A stretch of 60,030 bases of DNA, the filler included. It is 9 parts of 9 records of this genome, joined end to end, with 100 filler letters (N's around TTAATTAATTAA, not from the genome) between each part and the next. Parts side by side here need not be neighbours in the genome. Positions count along the whole stretch, not along the records: positions 28,238 to 33,730 come from SRR31156797_87209; positions 33,831 to 41,649 come from SRR31156797_87278; 7 more parts are not named here. One strand, written 5' to 3'. Position 1 is the stretch's first letter. Each line of letters begins with the position of its first letter. Shown one piece after another: positions 30,447 through 40,852 of the stretch. The translations under genes and the position numbers were made by a program. Under the pieces are notes generated by a model. The model saw nothing but the letters and a program-made list of their open reading frames with translations. It made no database searches and was not told the origin of the DNA.

Positions 30447-30638
30447 CTGATCGTCCTCTCGAAAACGAACCCGGTCGGGATGTACCAATTCCCTTTTTCG
30501 CACCCCTTACGGTGATGGGATAGATATGTTAGGGATTGGCGGTTTTCGCAATTGCCGTTGTCGTGAAAGCGGCATTCGAGGGAATTATCCCGCCGAGTCG
30601 TTAACAAATTTTATTCGCATCGGGGAAACAGGGGTACC

Positions 30639-31217
30639 GTGGCCGAAGATCCCATCACGCTATTCCAGGGCTGGCTCGACGAAGCCGGACAAACGGAACC
30701 GAACGACGCCAACGCCGTTTCCCTGGCGACCGTCGGGGCGGACGGTTTTCCGGCCGTGCGCATGGTGCTTTTGAAGGGGATCGATCAGCGCGGCTTCGTG
30801 TTTTATACGAACCTGAAAAGCCGCAAGGCGCGGCACTTGGCCGAAAATGCCAAGGCGGCACTTTGTTTCCACTGGAAATCACTGAGAAAGCAGGTGAACG
30901 TGGAGGGCGTCGTTTCGCCGGTCGACGACGCCGAGGCCGATGCCTATTTCGCCAGCCGCGATCGCGGCAGCCAGATCGGCGCCTGGGCGTCGAAGCAGTC
31001 GCAGCCCCTGGACGGGCGGTTCGAATTGGAAAAGAGGGTAGCCAAGTACACCGCCAAGTTTCATATCGGAAAAGTCCCGCGGCCGGAATTCTGGTCCGGT
31101 TTCCGGATCGATCCGCGGCGAATCGAATTTTGGACCAACGGCCAGTTCCGCCTTCATGACCGGCTTGTCTATTACCGGGAAGGCGACGGCTGGCGCACCG
31201 AAAAGCTGTTTCCATGA
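30639..31217 (+). CDS. pdxH: Pyridoxine/pyridoxamine 5'-phosphate oxidase
   Basis: [27 protein letters not shown]...RLHDR. Confidence 0.96.
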   Translation: MAEDPITLFQGWLDEAGQTEPNDANAVSLATVGADGFPAVRMVLLKGIDQRGFVFYTNLKSRKARHLAENAKAALCFHWKSLRKQVNVEGVVSPVDDAEADAYFASRDRGSQIGAWASKQSQPLDGRFELEKRVAKYTAKFHIGKVPRPEFWSGFRIDPRRIEFWTNGQFRLHDRLVYYREGDGWRTEKLFP

Positions 31218-32170
31218 GTGACGGGATGGAAAATACACACGACGACGCCCGCACCAGGCCGGTAACCTCGGAAACGTCGGCTCGCCTGATGCGCGCCGCC
31301 ACCTATGCCTCGGTCTCGGTGGCGACAATCCTGGTGCTGGCCAAGGTCCTGGCCTGGATCGCCACCGATTCGGTCAGCCTGCTGTCGACCCTGGTCGATT
31401 CACTGCTGGATGTCGGCGCCGCGGTCATCAACCTGTTGGCCGTGCGTCATGCCTTGCAGCCGGCCGACCGCGAACACCGGTTCGGCCACGGCAAGGCGGA
31501 ATCCCTGGCCGGGCTTGCCGAGGCCGCTTTTGTCTTGGGGTCGGGCATTTTTGTCCTGGTCCAGGCGATCCATCGCCTGGCCGTTCCGCGCGACCTGACC
31601 AACACCGAAATCGGTTACGGCGTCATGGTGCTGGGCATGGTTTTGAGCGGCGGGCTGGTGTTGTTCCAGAAATACGTCGTCCGCAAAACCGGATCGGTCG
31701 CGATCGGCGCCGAGTCGCTGAACTATCAGAACGATATCCTGGTCAATGCCAGCGTTATCGTTTCGCTGTTCGTGACGACGCAATTCGGGTTTTCCGCCGC
31801 CGATCCGCTGTTCGCCATCGCCATCGCCGGCTATATCGCCTGGGGCGCCTGGCGCATCGGCCGTCAGGCCTTGGACATCCTGATGGACCGCGAACTGCCG
31901 GATTCCGATCGCCAGCGAATTCGCGCCCTGGCCAACGAATGCGAAGGCGTACGCGGTGTCCATGACATCCGGACACGTTCCGCCGGAACCAGCGTTTTTA
32001 TTCAGCTTCACCTGGTGCTTGACGACGATCTGCCGTTGAAAGAGGCCCATGACCGGGTCGACGCCGTCGAAAAAACCATCGGCGATGCCTTTCCCAATGC
32101 CGAAGTCCTGATCCACCCCGATCCCGAAAGTGTCGTGCCGTTGGAACTGGATGCCGGCGAACGCCGTTAG
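31214..32170 (+). CDS. Cation diffusion facilitator (FieF/YiiP-like)
   Basis: [30 protein letters not shown]. Confidence 0.92.
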   Translation: MSDGMENTHDDARTRPVTSETSARLMRAATYASVSVATILVLAKVLAWIATDSVSLLSTLVDSLLDVGAAVINLLAVRHALQPADREHRFGHGKAESLAGLAEAAFVLGSGIFVLVQAIHRLAVPRDLTNTEIGYGVMVLGMVLSGGLVLFQKYVVRKTGSVAIGAESLNYQNDILVNASVIVSLFVTTQFGFSAADPLFAIAIAGYIAWGAWRIGRQALDILMDRELPDSDRQRIRALANECEGVRGVHDIRTRSAGTSVFIQLHLVLDDDLPLKEAHDRVDAVEKTIGDAFPNAEVLIHPDPESVVPLELDAGERR

Positions 32171-32178
32171 GCCGGCCG

Positions 32179-32991
32179 CTATTTACAGCCCAGCCTTTTG
32201 TGCGCGGCGACGGGAATTCTTGAACGAACCGTATCCAGATAATTCGTGGACAGTGTTGCGGTGGCGAAACCGTCGCCTTCGGGAATCCGGGTGATCACGT
32301 TTCCCCACGGATCGACCACCATCGAGTGGCCGTAACTGATGCCCTTGCCGCCCGGATAGGCGCCCCATTGGGCCGGTGCGACGACGTAGGTTTCGGTTTC
32401 GATGGCACGTGCCCGCAGCAGCACTTCCCAATGATCCTTGCCGGTTTGCTGGGTAAAGGCGGCCGGCACCATGATGACCTGGCAGTCGGATTCGGCCAGT
32501 TGCTGGTAGAGCTCGGGAAAGCGCAGGTCGTAACAGATCGAACAGCCGATTCGCATGCCTTCGGCTTCGTAGGCGACGGTGCCGTCGCCATGCGAGAAAA
32601 CGGCCGATTCCTTGTATTTCCGCCCGTCCGGCATGGTGACGTCGAAAAGATGGATTTTGCGATAGCGGCACAACTCGCTGCCGTCGGCGGCGAAGACGAC
32701 CGTCGTATTGAAATAATCTCTGCCTGACTTTTCGATAAAGCTGCCGCCGTGAACGATGACGCCGTGCCGCTTCGCCAACCCCCGCAGGAGGGCATAGGTT
32801 TCGCCGTCCGGAATGTTTTCGGCAGCGTCGCGGCGGCCCTTGTCGGTCATGCCGTGAAAAGCGAACATTTCGGGCAGGGCGACAAGGTCGGGCCGGTCCG
32901 CCTTGACCGCGGCTTCGATCAGCGAAGCGGCCGTCTCATGGTTGGCCGCCTTGTCGGCGCCGGCGTTCATCTGGATGATCGAAACCCGCAT
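32179..32991 (-). CDS. Carbon-nitrogen hydrolase (Nit1/deaminated glutathione amidase-like)
   Basis: E-K-C triad: LPEMF, YRKIHLFD, ICYDLRFPE; HWEVLLRARAIE. Confidence 0.92.
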   Translation of the reverse strand: MRVSIIQMNAGADKAANHETAASLIEAAVKADRPDLVALPEMFAFHGMTDKGRRDAAENIPDGETYALLRGLAKRHGVIVHGGSFIEKSGRDYFNTTVVFAADGSELCRYRKIHLFDVTMPDGRKYKESAVFSHGDGTVAYEAEGMRIGCSICYDLRFPELYQQLAESDCQVIMVPAAFTQQTGKDHWEVLLRARAIETETYVVAPAQWGAYPGGKGISYGHSMVVDPWGNVITRIPEGDGFATATLSTNYLDTVRSRIPVAAHKRLGCK

Positions 32992-33124
32992 GCTGGCATC
33001 TCCTAAGCAATCGGGCGCCGCCGAACATCGCTGCCGGTGCACGCCCGCCAATTCATATGGGGTTTCTTATCGCGTTTGTAAGCCGGTGCTCAAGAACGAC
33101 GAACCGGGATCGTTAACCCGGGTG

Positions 33125-33328
33125 TCAGGAGAAGGCTTCGCCGGGCCGGATACCCATTTTCTTGAGGATGATGGCCAACGGGCAGAAACCGGTGAAAGCG
33201 GACTGGAAAAGGTTGGCGCCGACGAAGGCGGTCAACCACAGCCAGTTCTGGTCATGGACGATGGACAAACCAAGGCTTGCCAAAACGACAAAACCGGCGA
33301 AAGCTAGAACAAAACGATCTATCGACAT
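33125..33328 (-). CDS. DUF2892 (YgaP-like) small membrane protein
   Basis: [22 protein letters not shown]. Confidence 0.9.
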   Translation of the reverse strand: MSIDRFVLAFAGFVVLASLGLSIVHDQNWLWLTAFVGANLFQSAFTGFCPLAIILKKMGIRPGEAFS

Positions 33329-33369
33329 GCGATCCCTCCTTCGGAATCAACGGGGAGACAAGTTCGCAG

Positions 33370-33413
33370 CTAATATATAATGTCTTGCTAAATTAGCAAG
33401 CACTAATATATAA
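33370..33413. promoter_or_regulatory. Operator-like region between the divergent DUF2892 and RND adaptor genes
   Basis: Palindrome CTTGCTAA-A-TTAGCAAG (33384-33400) flanked by direct repeats CTAATATATAA (33370, 33403). Confidence 0.5.
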
Positions 33414-33452
33414 ACAGTCCCAATCGGTTATGTCCAGGAAAGAGGCTTCGTC

Positions 33453-33730
33453 ATGAACGCCCGTTTCAGAAATCCCCTTTCGACCGCCGGTATCGGCGGA
33501 TTGACCGGCTTGTTATTGATTGGATCCGCAATCGCGGCGGACAATGAGTTTCGCGTCAAGGCCACCGACTTGCAAGACCGCAAGGCGGTTTTCGCCACCG
33601 TCGAAAGCATCGATACGGCGGCTGCGCGCACCCGCATCGGCGGGACGATTTCGCGGCTTGAAGTCGATGAGGGCAGCCGCGTCAAGAAGGGGCAGCGCCT
33701 TGCCCAGGTTGTCGATGCGAAGCTGCGGCT
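33453..33730 (+). CDS. RND efflux periplasmic adaptor subunit, N-terminal fragment
   Basis: Signal peptide, then ARTRIGGTISRLEVDEGSRVKKGQ lipoyl-like half motif. Confidence 0.85.
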
Positions 33731-33830
33731 NNNNNNNNNNNNNNNNNNNNNNNNNNNNNNNNNNNNNNNNNNNNTTAATTAATTAANNNNNNNNNNNNNN
33801 NNNNNNNNNNNNNNNNNNNNNNNNNNNNNN
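33731..33830. other. Artificial contig spacer
   Basis: N44-TTAATTAATTAA-N44. Confidence 0.99.
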
Positions 33831-33875
33831 CGCATTTCATTTCGGTCACAACCGGCAAACGGGGTCAACAAGCGC

Positions 33876-34886
33876 ATGCTGCTGGAAATTGAAAACCTGA
33901 CCGTAACCATCGACGGCCCGCAGGGTCCGGTTTTTCCGGTCAACCGGGTAGACCTGTCCATCGAAGCCGGAAAGACGCTGGCCGTCGTAGGCGAAAGCGG
34001 CTGCGGCAAAACCCTGACCTGTCTTGCCGTCATGGGGCTGTTGCCGTCTGTCGCCGGGATCACGGAAGGCTCCATACGGCTGGCCGGCACCGACATCACT
34101 CGTGAATCGAAAGCTGCCAGAGCAATCAGGCGCCGCGACACCGCGATGATCTTCCAGAACCCGAGCGCCGCCCTCAATCCGGTGCGGACCATCGGGTGGC
34201 AGGTGGCCGAGGCGTTCCGTCTGCGCGAGGGGCTTGATAAAAAGACCGCCAGCAGAAGGGCGGTCGAGTTGCTCGATCTGGTCGGAATTCCTGAGCCCGC
34301 CCGGCGGGCCAGGAACTACCCGCACAGCCTTTCCGGCGGCATGAACCAGCGAGCCATGATCGCCATGGCCATTGCCGGTAATCCGAAGCTTCTGATAGCT
34401 GACGAAGCGACCACCGCTTTGGACGTTACGATTCAGGCGCAGATCCTGGAACTGCTGAACCGGCTTCGACAGGAATTCGGGATGGCGATGATCTTCGTCA
34501 CCCATGATCTGGGAACGGTCGCCGAGGTCGCCCATGATGTCGCCGTCATGTATGCCGGTCATCTGGTCGAAAACGCCCGTGCCAAAAACTTGTTCCGTCA
34601 CCCCCGACATCCCTATACCCACGGATTGCTGGCTTCGCTGCCGCGTGCCGACCAGCGGGTTAAAAGGCTCTATCCCATCGAAGGGACCGTGCCCGCCTTG
34701 CACGAACTGCCGAAGGGATGCCCGTTCTCGCCCCGATGCGGTGAATGCAAACCGGAATGTCGGGACACGCGTCCGCAGATGGGAGCTTTGCTAGGCGAAT
34801 CCCTGACGGCCTGTCACAATCCCATGGCGGATCGCCGTGACCAGATTCCGGCGCGCCCCATTCCGGTGCCGGTTCCCGTTCTATGA
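33876..34886 (+). CDS. Peptide/nickel-family ABC ATPase (DppD/OppD-like)
   Basis: [21 protein letters not shown]-terminal Cys cluster. Confidence 0.95.
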   Translation: MLLEIENLTVTIDGPQGPVFPVNRVDLSIEAGKTLAVVGESGCGKTLTCLAVMGLLPSVAGITEGSIRLAGTDITRESKAARAIRRRDTAMIFQNPSAALNPVRTIGWQVAEAFRLREGLDKKTASRRAVELLDLVGIPEPARRARNYPHSLSGGMNQRAMIAMAIAGNPKLLIADEATTALDVTIQAQILELLNRLRQEFGMAMIFVTHDLGTVAEVAHDVAVMYAGHLVENARAKNLFRHPRHPYTHGLLASLPRADQRVKRLYPIEGTVPALHELPKGCPFSPRCGECKPECRDTRPQMGALLGESLTACHNPMADRRDQIPARPIPVPVPVL

Positions 34887-35854
34887 CCCCGATACTCGAG
34901 GCCCGTGGGATCGACAAGATCTTTCATGCCGGAACGAGTTTTTTCGGCCATGGCCAGCATCTGCACGCGGTCCGTGATGCCAGCCTGGTGCTTCACGAAG
35001 GCGAAATCCTGACCCTGGTCGGAGAGAGCGGTTGCGGCAAGTCGACCCTTGGTCAACTGATGCTGAACCTGATGGAACCCACCGCCGGGACGGTCACTTA
35101 CCGCGGCGAGCCGATCGCCCATCTATCTGGCGAACAGTGGCGGGCCTTGCGGCGTGAGCTTCAACTCGTCTTTCAGGACGCGGGAGGGGCGCTGGACCCC
35201 CGGATCAGGGTTGGCGAGCAGATTCGTGAACCACTTGACATCCACGGAATCGGAACGATGCCGCAACGGCAGCGCAAGGTGGCCGAGATCTGCGATGCCG
35301 TCGGTTTGAGGCCGGAGCTGGCCGAGCGCCACCCGCACGAGCTTTCCGGCGGGCAGATTCAGCGGGTCGTCATCGCCCGTGCCCTTGTACTGGAACCCAG
35401 AGTGCTGGTTTGTGACGAACCGGTGGCGGCGCTGGACGTCTCCATCAGGGCCCAGATCATCAATCTGCTGCTGAACCTGAAAACGGCGTTCGGCCTGTCC
35501 TATCTATTCATCTCCCACGACCTTAGCCTGGTGCGTCACATCAGCGACCGCATGGCCGTGATGTATTTAGGACGCATCATGGAGTTGGGCGACGCCGAAT
35601 GCCTGTTCACCAAACCGGCCCACCCCTATACCAGCGCCTTGATTTCGGCGATCCCCGTTCCCGACCCCGAGGCGGCGCGAAACCGTATTTTGCTGGAGGG
35701 CGATCCGCCCAGTCCGCTCAATCCGCCGCCGGGCTGCCCGTTCAATCCCCGCTGCCCGCACGTATCGGAACGATGTCTTGATGAAGCGCCGGAATTGCGG
35801 CCGTTCGGCCCCGACCGGCAAGTAGCCTGCCATTGGGCAGAGGAACTGGCATGA
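34883..35854 (+). CDS. Peptide/nickel-family ABC ATPase (DppF/OppF-like)
   Basis: GESGCGKS, LSGGQIQR, DEPVAALD, GCPFNPRC. Confidence 0.95.
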   Translation: MTPILEARGIDKIFHAGTSFFGHGQHLHAVRDASLVLHEGEILTLVGESGCGKSTLGQLMLNLMEPTAGTVTYRGEPIAHLSGEQWRALRRELQLVFQDAGGALDPRIRVGEQIREPLDIHGIGTMPQRQRKVAEICDAVGLRPELAERHPHELSGGQIQRVVIARALVLEPRVLVCDEPVAALDVSIRAQIINLLLNLKTAFGLSYLFISHDLSLVRHISDRMAVMYLGRIMELGDAECLFTKPAHPYTSALISAIPVPDPEAARNRILLEGDPPSPLNPPPGCPFNPRCPHVSERCLDEAPELRPFGPDRQVACHWAEELA

Positions 35855-36789
35855 CGCTGCACTTCTTCCTCACCAAAATCGGCCGCGCGATCTTTACCCT
35901 GTGGCTGGTCGTAACTTTCGTCTTCATCGTCCTTCGGATCACCGGTGACCCGACGGACATGCTGTTGCCTGACGACACACCGCGCGAAACCGTTGAATAC
36001 TACCAGCAGCTCTGGGGACTGGATAAATCGCTATACGTGCAATACGGGCGCTATTTCAGCGCCGTATCCAGGGGCGATTTCGGTATTTCGTTCCGCAACA
36101 ATCTGGACGCCCTCGATCTGGTCATGCAGCGCGTGCCGAAAACGCTGGAACTAATGCTGACATCCTTCGGATTTGCGGTTGTTTTAGGAATCACCCTGGG
36201 CCTGGCGGCGGCCATAAAAAGGGACTCGGCCTTCGACCGGGCGATCATGACGGCGGCAGTATTCGGTTTTTCGCTGCCCAATTTCTTTCTCGGCATCATC
36301 CTGATTCTGATTTTTTCGCTGACTCTGCGATGGCTGCCGAGTTCGGGCAGCGATACGCTCTGGCACCTGATCATGCCGGCCTTCACCCTAGGCACCGCTT
36401 ATGCCGGCCAATTCGCACGGTTTGCCAGATCCGCCATGCTCGATGTGATGGGGCAGGCGTTCATTCGGACCGCCGCTTCCAAGGGCGCGTCCTTGGGTCG
36501 GCGGGTTTATTTCCATGCTTTGCCGAACGCCGCGATTCCGATTGTCACCATTCTCGGATTTAAGCTTGGCGCAGTGATCGGCGGCGGCGTGATTACCGAG
36601 AATGTTTTCGCCTGGCCGGGTGTCGGCCGCCTGCTGACAGTTGCCGTCGCCACCCGCGACCTCGCCGTCGTGCAATGCATTGTCATGTTGATTACGGCGA
36701 CAATGGTTGTTGCCAACCTGCTCGTCGACCTGACCTACGGCTGGTTGGACCCGCGGATCCGCGTCGGCGCAGCCACCAAGATGAGATAG
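35851..36789 (+). CDS. ABC permease (DppB/OppB-like)
   Basis: GDFGISF, ENVFAWPGVG, LDPRIR. Confidence 0.94.
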   Translation: MTLHFFLTKIGRAIFTLWLVVTFVFIVLRITGDPTDMLLPDDTPRETVEYYQQLWGLDKSLYVQYGRYFSAVSRGDFGISFRNNLDALDLVMQRVPKTLELMLTSFGFAVVLGITLGLAAAIKRDSAFDRAIMTAAVFGFSLPNFFLGIILILIFSLTLRWLPSSGSDTLWHLIMPAFTLGTAYAGQFARFARSAMLDVMGQAFIRTAASKGASLGRRVYFHALPNAAIPIVTILGFKLGAVIGGGVITENVFAWPGVGRLLTVAVATRDLAVVQCIVMLITATMVVANLLVDLTYGWLDPRIRVGAATKMR

Positions 36790-36793
36790 AGCC

Positions 36794-37753
36794 ATGGACG
36801 CGATGACACCGCCGGAATCCAGACACATGTCCGAGCAGCCGGATTCAGCCACCGCCGGATGGGCGGATTTGCCGCCGGCGCAAACCGGAGTCAAAGGGGC
36901 GTTCACCGCGATCGGACGAGAATTGCGTTCGGTTCCCGGCGGTACGGCGGTTACCATGGCCTGGCTCGGCGTGATCGTCTTTGCCACAGTATTTGCTCAG
37001 CTTCTGGCGCCCTATGCCTACGATTACGTCGACATTCTGAACCGGCTTATTCCGCCGTTTCCCTACGATGGCGCGGTCTCGGAGCATCCGCTCGGTACCG
37101 ACAAAATGGGGCGAGATTTGATCAGTCGTCTTCTAGTCGCCACCCAGGTCAGTATCGCCATCGCAGTCATGGGTACCCTGATCGGCGCGGTCATCGGAAC
37201 GGTACTCGGGTTCATCGCCGCCGACCGTGGCGGCATCATCGACGAAATCATCATGCTGTTTGTCGATTTTCAGGCAGCGATGCCGTTTCTGATTATTGCC
37301 CTGGCGGTGCTCGCCTTCCTCGGCAACAACCTTTATCTCTTCCTGTTTCTGATGGGCATATACGGATGGGAAACCTATGCCCGCCTGACCCGAGGATTGG
37401 TATTGTCGGCGCGTGAACATGGCTACGCCCGGTCGGTCCGGGCGCTGGGAGGCCGCAAGCAGCGGATCTACGTCCGGCACATCCTGCCCAATATCCTGAG
37501 CCCTCTAATCGTACAGATCTCCGTCAATTTCCCGGAAACGATCTTGGTCGAGACGTCCTTGTCCTTCCTCGGCCTCGGCATTCAGCCGCCGCTGACCAGC
37601 CTCGGTCAGATGCTCGGCGAGGGTCGCAATTACTTGTTCAACGCATGGTGGCTCGCCGTTTTCCCGGGCGCAATCATCTTTTTAACGACGCTTTCGATGA
37701 GCATCGTCGGCGATTGGGTGCGCTCGCGCCTCGACCCGCTGCTTCGAAACTAG
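36794..37753 (+). CDS. ABC permease (DppC/OppC-like)
   Basis: HPLGTDKMGRD, HILPN, LSFLGLG. Confidence 0.94.
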   Translation: MDAMTPPESRHMSEQPDSATAGWADLPPAQTGVKGAFTAIGRELRSVPGGTAVTMAWLGVIVFATVFAQLLAPYAYDYVDILNRLIPPFPYDGAVSEHPLGTDKMGRDLISRLLVATQVSIAIAVMGTLIGAVIGTVLGFIAADRGGIIDEIIMLFVDFQAAMPFLIIALAVLAFLGNNLYLFLFLMGIYGWETYARLTRGLVLSAREHGYARSVRALGGRKQRIYVRHILPNILSPLIVQISVNFPETILVETSLSFLGLGIQPPLTSLGQMLGEGRNYLFNAWWLAVFPGAIIFLTTLSMSIVGDWVRSRLDPLLRN

Positions 37754-37763
37754 GAGGTGTTCC

Positions 37764-38723
37764 ATGACCGAACGCATCACCGCAATCGGTTTCAACGCAG
37801 CAGCAATCGGCGGCGATCTCGATGGTCTGGATCGTCAGATCGATTGCCTGGTGGAACTGGGAACGTCGGTGACCGAGCTGAAAGCCCTGTCGCTTAATTG
37901 TGTGTCCGACTGCAAATTGGTGCCTGAACGGGTTCGGGAAACTCGGGCGATCCTGGACCGGTACGACGGGCATATGTTCACCCTTCATGCGCCGATTCCG
38001 ATCAATCTGATGGACGACGAAGCGCCGGATCTGCATTTCGCGGCAGCCATGGCGTCTCTTGAACTCGCATCCGGGCTTGCCATGCCGATGGTGGTTATCC
38101 ATCCCGGATGGGTGAACCCGGTTCGCTGGAGTCGCGATGTCGACAGTATCCTGGCATCCGAACGTGAATCCCTGGCCAAACTCGGCGACCGGGCGGTCGC
38201 CCTCGGCGTCAAGATCGCCTACGAGAACGTCCGCCCCAACGCGATGGTGTTTTCCGGGACAAAGATTTCCTACGGCCTCGATCCGCGCGCCTTGGCCAGA
38301 CAACTCGACATGCTGAATCACCCGGCAGTCATGGCCTGTCTGGACGTCAGCCACGCCCATCAAAGCGCTACCTGGTTCGGGGTAGACACCATCGATTTCT
38401 GTGCATCGTTGGCGCCGCAGACCAACCATATTCATTTCAGCGATTCGACAGGTGTCCTGCAGCCGCCATCGGTGCCCGATAGCCCCGAAACCAACTTCTG
38501 GTTCGGTGTCGGCGATATGCATGTGCCGGCCGGATGGGGCACGATCGATTTTGCGGCGCTCGGTAAGGCCTTGCCGGTTCGCCCCAACACCGCCATCGTC
38601 ATCGAGCTCGAAGCCAGCGTCAAATCGCAGGGGGCGGAGCAGACCCTGGCGGCGGCACGCGCGCTGGCCGATTGTATTGACGCAGCGATGGGCGATCCGG
38701 CCGAGACCATGGCCGCGTCCTGA
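37764..38723 (+). CDS. Sugar-phosphate isomerase/epimerase (AP-endonuclease-2 TIM barrel)
   Basis: Metal-ligand motifs IHPG, YENV, LDVSH, HIHFSD, DMH...G.IDF; RBS AGGAGG. Confidence 0.85.
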   Translation: MTERITAIGFNAAAIGGDLDGLDRQIDCLVELGTSVTELKALSLNCVSDCKLVPERVRETRAILDRYDGHMFTLHAPIPINLMDDEAPDLHFAAAMASLELASGLAMPMVVIHPGWVNPVRWSRDVDSILASERESLAKLGDRAVALGVKIAYENVRPNAMVFSGTKISYGLDPRALARQLDMLNHPAVMACLDVSHAHQSATWFGVDTIDFCASLAPQTNHIHFSDSTGVLQPPSVPDSPETNFWFGVGDMHVPAGWGTIDFAALGKALPVRPNTAIVIELEASVKSQGAEQTLAAARALADCIDAAMGDPAETMAAS

Positions 38724-38730
38724 TCGGCCG

Positions 38731-39489
38731 ATGTCGGCGACCCATGAAAAAATGCGTTTGGGCGACCTTCCCGTGATCGTCGCTCACCGGGGATATAGCG
38801 CCGCGCATCCCGAAAACACGCCGCTGTCCTTTGCGGCGGCGCTCGATGCAGGAGCTCGGGTGTTGGAGACCGATCTCCGGCTGAGTGCCGACGGCGTGGT
38901 CGTCTGCGTTCACGATGATGACCTCTGGCGGCTGTCTGGGACCAAAAGAAAGGTAACCGAAACGAGGTGGGACGAACTCAGGAATTTGCACCGTATCGAC
39001 GGGGGGAGATTCCACCGGTTCGAGGACCTACTGGCTACGGCGAATGGCGCCGCATACGTTTTGCTCGACGTCAAGGAACCAGTCCCGGCTCTGTTCGAAG
39101 CGGTATTGGCCGCGGCCGACAATGCCTTGATGACCGGAAACGTGATCTTCGGTCTTCGGCGTAAGGACGATATCGATCTCCTCCGCCGAATTCGGCCCGA
39201 TGCTCAGGTCTGCGCCCTACTTCCTTCGTTCCAGGAAACCAGACAGGCGGCCGATAACGGAGAAATTCTGGTGCGCCTGTGGGAGCGGTGGGTCGATGCA
39301 CAACGCGTTGAAGACCTGCAACGGTCCGGAACCATGGTCTGGGTGACCACGGGCGGCCAATATACCAACCGAGCGCCGGGTGATATCTCGCCCGCAGGAG
39401 CCGCCGCCCTGATCCGGTCCGGCATCGACGGAATGCTCGTCAACGATCCCGGTCTGATCCGCCGGAATCATGGAGAAGCGGCCGAATGA
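38731..39489 (+). CDS. Glycerophosphodiester phosphodiesterase (GDPD) family
   Basis: AHRG...PENT...ETD...DG..V..HD. Confidence 0.92.
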   Translation: MSATHEKMRLGDLPVIVAHRGYSAAHPENTPLSFAAALDAGARVLETDLRLSADGVVVCVHDDDLWRLSGTKRKVTETRWDELRNLHRIDGGRFHRFEDLLATANGAAYVLLDVKEPVPALFEAVLAAADNALMTGNVIFGLRRKDDIDLLRRIRPDAQVCALLPSFQETRQAADNGEILVRLWERWVDAQRVEDLQRSGTMVWVTTGGQYTNRAPGDISPAGAAALIRSGIDGMLVNDPGLIRRNHGEAAE

Positions 39490-39497
39490 TGTGGGCG

Positions 39498-40781
39498 CTA
39501 AACCGTCTCCAGCAATCCGATCGACCGGCCGTCCATTCCGTCGACCGGCAGCCCGAGGTGGGCAAGAATGGTCGGCGCAATATCGAGAACCGACGTTTCC
39601 GCTATGATGTCCCCACCGCCGTCGAAAACGCCGCCCGACGCGATCAGGATGGGCCGGGTTTCGAAAGCGCCGAGGCCGCCATGCATACCGTGGCCGACAT
39701 AAGGTGCCGCTTTTCCCGGTTCGGATTCGGCCATGAGGGTCAGGCCTTCGACACCGGCCTGATTTTTTCCGTCCAGCCGCCCCATGGCAAAAGCGGCGAC
39801 CAAACCGCCATCCTGATTCAACCCGATCGTATCGAGGCCCGGGCCATGAAAAACTTCGGCCGCCCAATCCTGCCTCTCAAGGAAATCGACGATTTCGCGG
39901 ATTTTCGATCGGGCGTTTTCGGCCGAATAGATCAGCGCCGACGAACCTTGCGGAACAACCACGATGTCGTCACTTTGCTGCGATTCCTTAAGGCCCGCGT
40001 CGATCAGCAGTCGCACCACATCGACCGCCTCAACCACCGTCTCCTGGCCATGGTCGGACGCCACCATCATCAACACATCCTCGCCGGCATCGCGCAGGCG
40101 GTCGACCACTTCGGCAACCCGGCCGACCGTTGCGTCGGCACGATGAACGGCGTCCAGATGTTCACCGGACCCCAGGATGGTCGCATGCATCACGATGTCG
40201 GGTTCGGACAGCCACAGCACGGACAAAGCGGCGCCGTGGTTCGGCAGGACTTCGTGACAGAAATAGTCGGCCAGCATCCGGTCGCCGGATTTGCCGCGGT
40301 CGACGGTTCCATTGAACGGAGCCGGGATCGACGACGCTCCGGGACCGAAACAACCGTCCCGGTGGTACAGGCGCCCGTGATGTTCCGGGTCCTGGAAATG
40401 GGCGGCACCGGCCGACGCATTCGAACAAACGGCTGTGCCGCCGGCCGCCGCGATTCGTTCCGGCATCGAAGGAACCCTCAGGCATTGTCCGGTTGCGGCG
40501 CGCAAATGGCCTCGGAAATCCGGCTTGGACGCATCGCGGATCACCAGCCGCCCGTCGTGATCGGGCAGAGCGACAAAATTGCCGAGCAGACCGTGACGAC
40601 CGGGGCGGCAACCGGTGGAGATGCTGGCGGAGGCGACCCGCGTGACCGTCGGAAAGACGCCGCGGTGATTGTGGCAGACGGCGCCGCGCGCGCCAACCGC
40701 TTGAACGGCCGGGGTCAGGTCGGGATCGACGAAATCCATCCGATGTCCGTCGAGAACAATCAATACAGCTCGTTTGTTCAT
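39498..40781 (-). CDS. Alkaline-phosphatase-superfamily phosphodiesterase (NPP/type I-like), no signal peptide
   Basis: LDGHR, FPTVT (Thr nucleophile), EPD..H, SDHG, HGMHG, DIAPT. Confidence 0.88.
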   Translation of the reverse strand: MNKRAVLIVLDGHRMDFVDPDLTPAVQAVGARGAVCHNHRGVFPTVTRVASASISTGCRPGRHGLLGNFVALPDHDGRLVIRDASKPDFRGHLRAATGQCLRVPSMPERIAAAGGTAVCSNASAGAAHFQDPEHHGRLYHRDGCFGPGASSIPAPFNGTVDRGKSGDRMLADYFCHEVLPNHGAALSVLWLSEPDIVMHATILGSGEHLDAVHRADATVGRVAEVVDRLRDAGEDVLMMVASDHGQETVVEAVDVVRLLIDAGLKESQQSDDIVVVPQGSSALIYSAENARSKIREIVDFLERQDWAAEVFHGPGLDTIGLNQDGGLVAAFAMGRLDGKNQAGVEGLTLMAESEPGKAAPYVGHGMHGGLGAFETRPILIASGGVFDGGGDIIAETSVLDIAPTILAHLGLPVDGMDGRSIGLLETV

Positions 40782-40852
40782 GATCTCTCCGCCAGCTTGA
40801 AAACGCGGTCCGCATTGTGTCGCCGTCGGACCTATTCCGGGTTGATTGTTTC

